From: a virus
Reading direction: 5' to 3' (one strand)
Virus record (IMG/VR): IMGVR_UViG_3300035698_029335
Location: 1 to 64,000 of that record
DNA: 64,000 bases
This document shows positions 46,227-55,491 of this stretch, piece after piece. A program made the position numbers and the translations under genes. Position 1 is the first letter of the stretch. The number at the start of each line of letters is the position of its first letter. A model generated the notes under the pieces. That model was not told the DNA's origin. It did not search any database and saw nothing but the letters and a program-made list of their open reading frames with translations.

Positions 46227-47299
46227 TTTTTCTCCATGAGATAATGTACGCACTTATCTACTGCTTTTAGTGGGTTTTCATCATATTCTTCTTCAGTGAT
46301 CCTGAGAATTTGATAGCCTTTTTTTCTTAAGATTTTTTCCTTAATCGAGTCTTTCTCTTCTATTCTCGCAAGTGAGTGCCAATAAGTTCCATCAAACTCT
46401 ATCACTTTGTCTTTATATAAAAAATCAACAGAAAACCAAAAACCACCTCCCATATCTTGATATTCTTTAAATTTAAATTTCTTCTCATTTCCAGCTTCTG
46501 CAAACAACACTTCAGACTCTAACAAAGAAGACTCTTTTAGGATACTCCAAAAAAGATTTTGAGATTTTTTGGAATAAGTATTACCTCGGCTACTACGCCT
46601 TGGGCTATCCATACCTTTGATAGATAACTCTGACATATGTTGGCAATATTTTTCCCATTCTACTTCTGATTCTTCGCCATATTTCTCTTCAAACCACTCT
46701 TTTGAAAACCTTTTTCTCTGGTTCTTTCTTCTAGCATCCCACTTCCTGAGCCCCTCTTCTTTGCCATCGCGCTCAACAAACGATTCGAGCGATAATCCAT
46801 TACCCCATCCGCCTTTACTTTTGACACTTTTTGTCCACTTTTCCAAATATTCTTCCCTCTTTTGCTTACCGACCTCATCACCATAACGTCTAATAAAAGA
46901 AGCCTCATCTATACTTGCTTTTGATGCACATAAATCTTCCCAAGCCAGTGTGCCATGGGTTTCGCTATAAACTTCCTTACTGAGTTTTTCTTTAGATGCT
47001 GCTATTTTTTCTTCGCGGAGTCTTTTTCCTTTCACGCCATATCTATTCTCATATGATTCTAAAGAACTGCTATCGTTTTTGAATTTCATTTTTGAGTTTT
47101 CAACTCGTTCACACCAATTTGGCTCAACGTTATGCTCTATCATTCTCAATAACATCGGTGTACAATTGTGAAAAGACCACCCTCGCTCTGTGCACATTTC
47201 ATACACAGCTGCTAACTCTAGTGCTGCAGAGTCTGAAATGTTCACAACTCCTTTGTAACTCTTGAACGACAATATTCTATTTATTATTTCATGTTTCAT
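46223..47299 (-). mobile_element. Free-standing Vsr-like homing endonuclease between the helicase halves
   Basis: Repeated F..RYG.E.G helical units; SVDF....VIEFDGTYWH...KD......GYQILRI.E. Confidence 0.85.
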
Positions 47300-47320
47300 G
47301 TTTCATGTTTCATGTTTCAT
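47287..47320. repeat. Heptamer tandem repeat (ATGAAAC x ~5 on the minus strand)
   Basis: tttcatg x4 + tttcat. Confidence 0.95.
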
Positions 47321-48652
47321 TTTTTTTGTTAATATCCCATCAGACACTTCTAAGCCTTCGTTTATTGACTTTAGTGTGCCATCTGCTGTTGGAAATTGAT
47401 GTCTTGCAGAACAAATCATCGTTTTTCCACTTTTTAATGTAATTTTATAGGTTTTTTGTACTTCTTTAGGAAATACCTTAGTAACATCTTTGAAACCTTT
47501 ATGTGTTTCAACCTGGTCGCCAACTCTTATGTCTCCTATTTTGATACTCCTTGATGCACTACCATCTCTAATAAGTAGTTTAGTAGAGGTTGAAAAGCAT
47601 CTATTTGTTTGGCTCGCAGTCCACAATGGACAAGCAAACTCGCCCGCAAGACCTCTTAATTCCTCATAGATTGACTCCAGCTCATTTCTCTTCTCACGTT
47701 CCATCCTAGTTGGCTTGAGTAGATCGCCATAGTCAACTATAATAAGATTTACTTCGAAGCCTCGCTGAATTACTCTTGTCAAGTGGCTTCTAATCGTCGC
47801 AACACTCGCCGACTTAGTTGGATATTCTTTGATAATCAATTTACCGTTAAGGCTTTTGATTTCTTCAAAGACTTCATCCTTCAGTCCATTGAGGGAGTTT
47901 AAGGGAAATTCAGTAATACACGAATCATATCTTCTGCCAACAACGGTATCTTGCAACTCTAGTGTATAGTGCACCACATTTAAGCCTGCTTTGAGAGCTG
48001 CAGCGCCAATATGCACCAATGCCATACTCTTACCCGCACCTGTTGGAGCGATACACACTCCTAACTCTCCCTTACCGTGTCCACCTTGAATTAGACCATC
48101 AATAACATCCCAACCAGTTGATACTGGGTTTCGAGATTTCACGAGATAGCGTGACTCAAAATGCTTCAGGAAATCGTAACCCTGCTCATTGTCAGAACCT
48201 AATTTCAAGGCTTTGTTGATTATTTCTTGCACTGCGTCAAAAGAACTACTCTCCATCAACTGAACGCTTTCTAACATTGCCGCTTTGAGGGTCTGCTTTT
48301 TGCAAAAATCAATTGACTTTTCCTTAACATACTCTTCATTAACTTCTTTCAGTGCACCAGAGACGATCTTAGCAAAATAATCCCTCACCTGCTTCTGCAC
48401 AGTAGCATTCATGTGCTCTATTTCAGACCTAAGGAGAGATTCTACTGTATTTCTACTAGGATAAGCGCCATACTTATCTCGATAAGAATAGATAAGCTTG
48501 GTGAACTCTTGCAGATACTTTAATTCAAGAAAACTGGTCTTTAATACTTCGCCTACTTGATCTGCAAACATCGTATCGTCCATTATCAGCTGTGCCAGTT
48601 TTTCTTGAAACGGCTTTCCGAACTTCGATAATGAGGCTTCTTCTTCTATCAT
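47303..48652 (-). CDS. DnaB/gp41 replicative helicase, N-terminal half, ending in a 98-aa split-intein N-fragment (47303-47599)
   Basis: APTGAGKS, YTLE, IIKEYPT, IIVDYGDL, WTASQTNR|CFSTST ... ICSARHQF. Confidence 0.95.
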   Translation of the reverse strand: MIEEEASLSKFGKPFQEKLAQLIMDDTMFADQVGEVLKTSFLELKYLQEFTKLIYSYRDKYGAYPSRNTVESLLRSEIEHMNATVQKQVRDYFAKIVSGALKEVNEEYVKEKSIDFCKKQTLKAAMLESVQLMESSSFDAVQEIINKALKLGSDNEQGYDFLKHFESRYLVKSRNPVSTGWDVIDGLIQGGHGKGELGVCIAPTGAGKSMALVHIGAAALKAGLNVVHYTLELQDTVVGRRYDSCITEFPLNSLNGLKDEVFEEIKSLNGKLIIKEYPTKSASVATIRSHLTRVIQRGFEVNLIIVDYGDLLKPTRMEREKRNELESIYEELRGLAGEFACPLWTASQTNRCFSTSTKLLIRDGSASRSIKIGDIRVGDQVETHKGFKDVTKVFPKEVQKTYKITLKSGKTMICSARHQFPTADGTLKSINEGLEVSDGILTKKMKHET

Positions 48653-49638
48653 TTGCTCCCCTTGATCATTCTATAAAAATTGATGAACATATTGTTAAAG
48701 TTCACTTCTCCAAATCCCTCCCTTATAATGTCTAACGAAAAGTTAGTTTGATTAAAGGCAGGCACAAAGTTGGCTAAAATGTCCTCCAGCACCTCTGTTC
48801 CTGCGTCACCAACCAGCGGCTTTGTTAGTTGCATCATCTTATAGTTCAATTCCACTACTGCTCTACCCTCTTTGAGGCTTTCGTGTGCCTTGGAAGGCTT
48901 CTCAAGGGTGCCAATATATTCCACCAGATCATCAAAACTGTATCGTTGTTCTCCTACAAGGAATGGAAACCTTTTTGCTACAGTAGGCAACCCCAAACCT
49001 CTCACGCCGGGCAAGTTATCCGAAGAATCTCCTGTAATGGCTCTTGCGAGTGCAAAGTTATTTGGATGAATCTGAAACTTTTCAATTATACTATTTCGAT
49101 TCAAGACCTCCTTTTGGATAGGTCTCATCATAACTGTGTTGCCATCTAACAATTGATAAAAATCTTTGTCGCTCGAAACTATTACTTTTTCACAATCTTT
49201 GTATTTTTCATGCTGTACAACGTAAGCGATTAAATCATCTGCTTCAACGCCTTCTACTAGCAGCTGCATCACTGGTGTCTTATTTAACATTTCAAACAAT
49301 TTCAATAACTGCCAGTCTTTGTTTTCCGCTTCCTGTTTCTCGGTCAGTTGTCGTATGTTACGATTCAATCGTAAAGGGCTGCGTCCGTCCTTGTAGTCGC
49401 TCACTAGAGCCTTTCTACCTAATGAACCACCTGGTGCATCCCAAGCTACAATAACCTCATCAGGGCTCGTCTCACGAATGATTTTTTGCAATGTTCTTAA
49501 AAAAGATATAGTGCCACCGCAAGGCTCTCCATTGGATGAGATGGCGGGAGAGACAATATAGCCACGTATAAACTGATTAAGTCCGTCCAGCACCAAAACT
49601 CTTCTTTTCTTTTTACTGTCCATAAAGTGCCTCATCAA
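48649..49638 (-). CDS. 5'-3' exonuclease / flap endonuclease (T4 RNase H-like)
   Basis: LVLDG, AWD, YKDGR, EADDLIA, VSSDKDFYQL and GDSSDNLPGVRGLG. Confidence 0.93.
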   Translation of the reverse strand: MMRHFMDSKKKRRVLVLDGLNQFIRGYIVSPAISSNGEPCGGTISFLRTLQKIIRETSPDEVIVAWDAPGGSLGRKALVSDYKDGRSPLRLNRNIRQLTEKQEAENKDWQLLKLFEMLNKTPVMQLLVEGVEADDLIAYVVQHEKYKDCEKVIVSSDKDFYQLLDGNTVMMRPIQKEVLNRNSIIEKFQIHPNNFALARAITGDSSDNLPGVRGLGLPTVAKRFPFLVGEQRYSFDDLVEYIGTLEKPSKAHESLKEGRAVVELNYKMMQLTKPLVGDAGTEVLEDILANFVPAFNQTNFSLDIIREGFGEVNFNNMFINFYRMIKGSK

Positions 49639-49830
49639 AAAGCTCTAATTGCTCCTTTTCTGTTTGCACTTTATCAGCTAAATTGTCTAACTTCTTTGAA
49701 GCTAACCCAGAATCAAGACACTTTTGTCTCTCTTTGTCCAGTTGTTCAATTAATTCTTCTAACATTACCACCTCTCTGTTGAAAAGAAGCTGCTCCTGCC
49801 AAGGAGCAGCCTATATCTATCATTATTTTA

Positions 49831-50994
49831 TTATTCTACCTGTAGAGCTTCACCAACACCGTCATTAAAATAGTCCTCGGCTTTACCAAGGCGCTGATCG
49901 AATTTTAGTATTATTTCTTCTTCTACAATCTCATTTACGCGTGCAACGAAAGAGGGGTCTGTCTTCATAAGTTCCACAAATTTCTTGTCACCTTGCCACT
50001 TCCTGAATTCAGTACCATCCTTATTAAGAAGCGTACCCCAGGTGCCACCAATGTAATACTCTGAACCTTTAATCGCCAGCAAAATGGACTCTTCGTCCAT
50101 TATGCCAACATGATCGCCCCAAAGAATCTTGAACTCCGCAAACCTATCCTGTGTTCCAAATCTAGACTTGACTAAACTTGCCTTAACATAAGAGCCGACT
50201 CTATAATCGTTATCATCGAACACGTTCTGCTTGTTGGAGGTCGAACTAGTAAGCCAGATCCTTAGAGACGTTGCGTATACTGGTGTTTTTCCGCCAGGAG
50301 TAGTATACTTCTGCGTCATTTTAGCATACTTAGCGCCGCCTTGCACTGAAGCCATCCCATCAATATTTGCCTTCAATTGATTCAATAATAGAACCGTACC
50401 ATCATTATCACTTAATGGATTGATGATCTTGGAGAAAGCCTTGCTCAAGACACGTGCTTTCACGCCCACACTTGAGTTTGGATTCATATCTCCTTCCACA
50501 TCTGACTTGGTCGGTGCCATCGCAACTGAGTCGAGAATGAAGAGAAACTTCATTTCTTTTATTTGCAGAAACTGTTCTATTACTTCCAAAAATGTTTCAA
50601 GATTTTCTGGAACCATCAATTGTATTTTAGATATATCTATTCCAGCAGCTTCCAGAAATTCAGTATTTATGGCGCGTTCGAAGTCGGCATATATTGGCGT
50701 AATTCCCATCTCTATTGCATTTTTGGCTATTTGTACTGCCATATAACTCTTACCAGTGGACGATAGACCGGCTAACTCTGTTACTCGTCCAACCGGAATA
50801 CCTGCTTTTTTACCCCTACAAATAGCAGAATCTAGCCATGTCGAACCAGTGGGAATCCACTCTTTCACATCTGCTAGATTTTCCCCCTCTAAAAGGTCTG
50901 CGGATATCTTCGAGCCCGCTATTTTGTCAGCCATCTTGCGTAGCTGTGACATATCTATCTTTCCTGGCGCTACTTTTTCTTTCTTTTTTCTCAT
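49831..50994 (-). CDS. recA: RecA/UvsX-like recombinase
   Basis: IPTGS..LD, GIPVGRVTELAGLSSTGKS, ILDSVA, LNQL and TPGGK. Confidence 0.93.
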   Translation of the reverse strand: MRKKKEKVAPGKIDMSQLRKMADKIAGSKISADLLEGENLADVKEWIPTGSTWLDSAICRGKKAGIPVGRVTELAGLSSTGKSYMAVQIAKNAIEMGITPIYADFERAINTEFLEAAGIDISKIQLMVPENLETFLEVIEQFLQIKEMKFLFILDSVAMAPTKSDVEGDMNPNSSVGVKARVLSKAFSKIINPLSDNDGTVLLLNQLKANIDGMASVQGGAKYAKMTQKYTTPGGKTPVYATSLRIWLTSSTSNKQNVFDDNDYRVGSYVKASLVKSRFGTQDRFAEFKILWGDHVGIMDEESILLAIKGSEYYIGGTWGTLLNKDGTEFRKWQGDKKFVELMKTDPSFVARVNEIVEEEIILKFDQRLGKAEDYFNDGVGEALQVE

Positions 50995-51026
50995 TCCTTA
51001 CCTCGTAATAGGTTAGGTAGTAGTGA

Positions 51027-51054
51027 AAGAAAGGGGAACGTAAGCCCCCCTTTC
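51027..51054 (-). terminator. Intrinsic terminator after the SSB gene
   Basis: GAAAGGGG...CCCCTTTC followed by TTT on the minus strand. Confidence 0.6.
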
Positions 51055-51077
51055 CTCACCATTACTTTTGCTTAGCG

Positions 51078-51845
51078 CTAGCTAAGTTGCTCAAAGGCAC
51101 TGTCTACACTGCTAGCACCACCACCTTCATCAGAAGCAGTAGAACTGCCGTACTTCTCGGTACCATCATCACCTTCATCAGTTACTTCACCTTCATCACC
51201 AGCCAAATGCTTGTCAAGAGCAACTCTAGCATCAGCTGACGAGACCCGGTCATACAACTCATCAAAATCAGGCACTGAATCTAGCAGTTCCTTGACTTCT
51301 TCTGCGGACTTGCCAGGCAAAAGTTCGCTACTCTTTCGGCGGGGTGTTACGCCAGTAGAAGGAAATTGAGCGCCCGATTCCTTGCCGTATTGCAGGGTCA
51401 AATCGACACCGTTATCGACATCAGTAATGTCGCCAAAGTCAGGATTTAGCACCAGACCGAGGAACTCCTCGTAGACTGTTTTGGAGTACCCATACACCTT
51501 GATTCCCGCATCTTCATCACCACGTACAATAACGGGAGAAAAGAAGCGTTGCTTTGCTGATATTTCTTTTGCCATCTTGATCGACTCTTCATCACCATCT
51601 TTATAGAGTTGATGTGCAAAGTCACACACTGCGCAATCTTCGTTGAAATTACGCTTTGGACACAAAAACCCCTGCTCTCCTACATTGTAGTGAAAGAAGT
51701 AATTCTTGAAAGGGTCTCCGTCGGCAGTCGGGACGATACGAATATCTTGCTTACCGTCTTTTGGCTTCCAAAACATTCCGCCTTTGCCGCGTTGCTTTGA
51801 TTGAGCGAGTTTTGCCTTCATTTTTTTAATATCTAATTTAGCCAT
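51078..51845 (-). CDS. gp32-like single-stranded DNA-binding protein
   Basis: FWKP....IRIVP, HY, CP...CAVC, FGDITD...G.DL and an acidic C-terminal tail. Confidence 0.85.
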   Translation of the reverse strand: MAKLDIKKMKAKLAQSKQRGKGGMFWKPKDGKQDIRIVPTADGDPFKNYFFHYNVGEQGFLCPKRNFNEDCAVCDFAHQLYKDGDEESIKMAKEISAKQRFFSPVIVRGDEDAGIKVYGYSKTVYEEFLGLVLNPDFGDITDVDNGVDLTLQYGKESGAQFPSTGVTPRRKSSELLPGKSAEEVKELLDSVPDFDELYDRVSSADARVALDKHLAGDEGEVTDEGDDGTEKYGSSTASDEGGGASSVDSAFEQLS

Positions 51846-51886
51846 TTTTCCTTTCCTCTTGTTGTTTTTTTACACCACTCTACGTT

Positions 51887-52159
51887 TTAGAGCGGCACTG
51901 TTTTGCCGAGTATATCATTTGCTACCTCGGTAATTGTTAATTCACCCTCAAGTGTTGAATAATTGAAAACTCTGAAAGCAGACTTTTCAACATCCCACAC
52001 ACTCTCAAGTCCGTCGGGTAAAACCGGACTCTTTCCACCCTTACTAATCGCGTTTGCGAACTCTTGTGGAAAATCTTCTTTTTTGACAAAGCGCATTGTT
52101 CGCTTTGTTCCATCTTTCTTCGTATAAGTCCCTTCGAATAATCTCAAGCTTACCTCCAT
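51887..52159 (-). CDS. WYL_2 / Sm-like SH3 beta-barrel protein
   Basis: YTKKDGTKRTM...VWDVEKSAFRVF. Confidence 0.7.
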   Translation of the reverse strand: MEVSLRLFEGTYTKKDGTKRTMRFVKKEDFPQEFANAISKGGKSPVLPDGLESVWDVEKSAFRVFNYSTLEGELTITEVANDILGKTVPL

Positions 52160-52194
52160 TGTGATGTGTATTCTACATCAATTCGATCACTTTG

Positions 52195-53040
52195 TCAAGA
52201 ACTTTTTTCGCCCTGGACGTGTTTTGTGTTCGCTAGGCAAAATACAAAATTATCCGCATAAGACGTAGTGAAGATACCGTACATGACTTCGGCGTTCTCT
52301 TCTGCTCTTTCTTTTACTTGTATTTTTATCTTGCCCAACAGCTGCTTGTCTTCTTCTAGAAGAGCAGAGCTGACTGCATATAAATAGTATTTCTCATAGG
52401 TTTTATCCAGCGAAAAAAGCCATTTATCTTCTTTTTCTCCAATCTCAGTAACTCCTAAGGTACTGATTCTATTGGGGTCTTGGGGAGGGACTAACCTTCC
52501 CATGATAGGTTGAGTGTGCATAAACACTTGTGTCATATGGTATGTGGAAGCTATCAAATCAGCTTGCTTTTCCTCATATTCCAAGATTGACACATCGCCA
52601 ATTATGGTGTCTACAAGAGGCATATCGATGAGGAAAATTCTCTCAAAGACGCCAGATCTTGCATAGTTTTGCAAGACACTATATGTTACATGTTCCTGTG
52701 CTTTCTCTAGCTGCGTCATAAGTTCTGCGTCAGACTTCAAAAACATACACACTATCTTCTTTTGCTGAAGCTGTGACATTACTGCCAACGCAGAGCCACA
52801 AATAGCCTCAGAGCCAGTACAGATAAACAATACCTCTTCTTCGACATCAGCAAAGAACTCACTGCAGTCCGGCGTGGCTTCTTCATAAGCTTCTACGCTC
52901 ACTTGTTTCTGGAATCTTTTGGTATCCAAAGAGTCCTCAATATCAGTGTCAATTTTATACACCTTGTATTGCGGATACTTTTTAAACTTTTCAGATACTT
53001 TTCCAGCTAATTCACCTAAAGCCACTATACTTTGCATCAA
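52195..53040 (-). CDS. Divergent tubulin/FtsZ-like protein (tentative)
   Basis: SIVALGELAGKV...YKIDT N-terminus and FICTGSEAICGS where the GGGTGSG loop would lie; the signature is degenerate. Confidence 0.4.
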   Translation of the reverse strand: MMQSIVALGELAGKVSEKFKKYPQYKVYKIDTDIEDSLDTKRFQKQVSVEAYEEATPDCSEFFADVEEEVLFICTGSEAICGSALAVMSQLQQKKIVCMFLKSDAELMTQLEKAQEHVTYSVLQNYARSGVFERIFLIDMPLVDTIIGDVSILEYEEKQADLIASTYHMTQVFMHTQPIMGRLVPPQDPNRISTLGVTEIGEKEDKWLFSLDKTYEKYYLYAVSSALLEEDKQLLGKIKIQVKERAEENAEVMYGIFTTSYADNFVFCLANTKHVQGEKSS

Positions 53041-54218
53041 TTCACCTCAATCATTTTGTTAAGATCTTTGCCCACTTTCAATGATGTCCTGAATACGCCC
53101 AAGTCAGTTTTTGAAAATACTCTTGCCATTTCCATGATTTTGTCTTTTTCCAAAATATCCAAGTCTACAATAATAGAATCGTGGATGATGAAGGCAATGT
53201 GAGAAGTAAGATCCTGTAGGAGCGCGTGCACCTTTACAGCTTGTCGCAAAACAAGGTCACTTGTCGTACTTTGAATGATGTAATTTAGTGAATGATATTC
53301 ATTAGAGGGAATCATACGCCCGAAATGGTTCTTTACGTCAAATCCGTTCCAGTACTTCTCCTTCACTGCGTCTGCATCATACAGTTTCGCAAAGGATGTT
53401 CCATCAACTTGTGTCGAGCCATAAAGCCAGGCAAAAATATCAGCTTTCGCCTTTTCTCTAGTTATGCCCAATTTCTCTGCATTCCAAGCATGTATATCTT
53501 CATCTGGTTGTGGAATCCCACTTAATGCTAGTAGCGTACGCAGATCTGCTGCATTGTAATCCAGTTCAACAAACCAGCCGTTTTTAGGTTTAATCACAGA
53601 GCGGAAGCTTTTATCCATTGATAATATGGGAAAAGTACCTTTTAGGCTAGTGAGGCGACCAGTCTTGGAACCAAATTGATCGAAATCAACAGTGTGTCTT
53701 GTCGCTTTCAGTTTTTTGATAAAATTCCTAACACGAACCTCTGATAGTCTATCCTTTAGCACTTGAGTGTCCACACCTACGCCTCTACTGCGTATATCTG
53801 AGAGCAATATTTCCAAGTTCAGGCGATGTTCATAATCGACGGGCTTTTTATAATGCAGAAACACACTGTCGATTATTCTACATTTGGCATCAAAATATTC
53901 TTTCAAAAATTGAACTGGCACCAAGTCATAAAAACAGACTTCATTTAAGTTTATCTTTGCCTCGAAAAAGGAAGTAATGAAAGCGCGAAGCTTTTTTGTC
54001 AAACGTTGCCACTCTGGCTTCATCTCTTCTGGGCAAACCTCGTCAAAAGTTTTTCCGCCACAATACAGATGGGCGTACTCTATACTTGAATCATGAAGAA
54101 ACGGCATATAACGCCAAGTTCTGTCTAGGTTGTCCGGTATGTCGCCATGAAGCTTCAACTCCCCCTTTGTATAGATCCCTACGCATTCCTGTTTGTCGTC
54201 GAGAGCGATAAAGGTCAT
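53037..54218 (-). CDS. Short family A DNA polymerase
   Basis: KTGRL, VELDYNAADLR (motif A), DIH, REKAK...AWLYG (B), NYIIQST.SD and IIHDS (C); start ATG at 54218. Confidence 0.85.
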   Translation of the reverse strand: MTFIALDDKQECVGIYTKGELKLHGDIPDNLDRTWRYMPFLHDSSIEYAHLYCGGKTFDEVCPEEMKPEWQRLTKKLRAFITSFFEAKINLNEVCFYDLVPVQFLKEYFDAKCRIIDSVFLHYKKPVDYEHRLNLEILLSDIRSRGVGVDTQVLKDRLSEVRVRNFIKKLKATRHTVDFDQFGSKTGRLTSLKGTFPILSMDKSFRSVIKPKNGWFVELDYNAADLRTLLALSGIPQPDEDIHAWNAEKLGITREKAKADIFAWLYGSTQVDGTSFAKLYDADAVKEKYWNGFDVKNHFGRMIPSNEYHSLNYIIQSTTSDLVLRQAVKVHALLQDLTSHIAFIIHDSIIVDLDILEKDKIMEMARVFSKTDLGVFRTSLKVGKDLNKMIEVN

Positions 54219-54224
54219 TGATGC

Positions 54225-54253
54225 ATCATAACACGATCTCTTTCTTTTGTCAA
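54225..54253 (-). promoter_or_regulatory. Sigma70-type promoter of the family A polymerase gene
   Basis: TTGACA aaagaaagagatcgtgt TATGAT; the ATG lies 7 nt after the -10. Confidence 0.7.
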
Positions 54254-54255
54254 GC

Positions 54256-55491
54256 TCAGGAGGAGCGTTTTTTTGCAGAAAAATAAAAGTTACGTTCTTT
54301 CTTGCTTGAGCCAGAAGAGTTTTTGACCTTACGATCAATGTAATCGGCTGCAGTGTTGGGGTCTTTGCCAATGGCATAGAAATTTGCATTTTTTGCAAAT
54401 ATTTCAAACTTTGCCTGATCCCAGCTTAAATTCTCTTCGCGAGCACGGACAAAAGTATAAAAGCGAAGCCAATATTCACTACCATATTCCTCGTCGAGGC
54501 TCACCTTTTCTTGCGGAGCCCGCACAAGCTCTTTCGTGCATACTTTCACTTTGCCGTTTTTGACCTTAAAGTCTGGTCTAACAATTATAGGCTTAGATGT
54601 TACATAAGAATTGTAAAACTCTATAACATATGTCTTCAAGGTATCGATATCGTAAAGGTGAGATTTGTAAAAACACTTATCTATTACAGTTGTAGCGGTC
54701 AAGCCATACTTAGCTAAGTATGGTGCCATAGCTGGAGAACCAATATCCGCAACAATCCTCCATGGGGCGTGTTTATCTACCTTGAACCCAAAGCGTTGAG
54801 CCGCTTCATTAAAGATTGGAAAATTAGCGTCCTCTAGGAAGTTTGCCACCTTTGGTAAGTCTTCTGAAAAGAGAGCATCTGATAACTCAAGTGCGAGACC
54901 TGATATTAGCGGAGAGGTCTTTTCAGACAGAATTAACTTTGTTCTAGTCATCGGAACTAATGGAGTAACTGAGTCTACAAATTCAGCAAAAACAATCATA
55001 AAGCTGTTAAAGTCCTTTATCGCTGCTTCCTTTTTATAAGCGAGCAAATAAGACTTGAATTTTGTATAAATAACTTCCATCAGTTGGTGATAAGAAGTAT
55101 TAATTGATTGCCACCCTCTTACCGGCTGGAAGTTCGCATATGGTCCTGATTCGTTAATCGCACCTCTGCCTCTAAGGAATGCAAAATACTGCGTCAAGTC
55201 GCTAAAAGCGTCTGCAACAAAGTTTACAGCGAAGACAGCATCGCCAGTTATTGGCAGCTGCACTAAATGTCTTTCTGACAAATGGATCGCCCTTGCTTGA
55301 ATATCCGATCTGCCATAATAAGGCTTTTCGTTCCAAAAGTCAATAGGTTTTCTTGGAGAAATCAATGATGATGAGAAAGCTAACTTATCATACAATTTTC
55401 TCTGGAAAAACAAGCTCCTAGAGTTGAGTGAATTACTTGCCTCAGGCATTGTATTCAATAGGAGCGGTTCGTCTCTTTCTTTTTTAGCCAT
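54256..55491 (-). CDS. Hypothetical protein (end of the tail operon)
   Basis: 411-aa ORF overlapping the upstream gene. Confidence 0.6.
   Translation of the reverse strand: MAKKERDEPLLLNTMPEASNSLNSRSLFFQRKLYDKLAFSSSLISPRKPIDFWNEKPYYGRSDIQARAIHLSERHLVQLPITGDAVFAVNFVADAFSDLTQYFAFLRGRGAINESGPYANFQPVRGWQSINTSYHQLMEVIYTKFKSYLLAYKKEAAIKDFNSFMIVFAEFVDSVTPLVPMTRTKLILSEKTSPLISGLALELSDALFSEDLPKVANFLEDANFPIFNEAAQRFGFKVDKHAPWRIVADIGSPAMAPYLAKYGLTATTVIDKCFYKSHLYDIDTLKTYVIEFYNSYVTSKPIIVRPDFKVKNGKVKVCTKELVRAPQEKVSLDEEYGSEYWLRFYTFVRAREENLSWDQAKFEIFAKNANFYAIGKDPNTAADYIDRKVKNSSGSSKKERNFYFSAKKRSS

Noticed and set aside
54219-54407. N-terminal 63 aa of the ORF-track polymerase A call
   Set aside because: It overlaps the upstream gene and contains the promoter; ATG 54218 is the better start.
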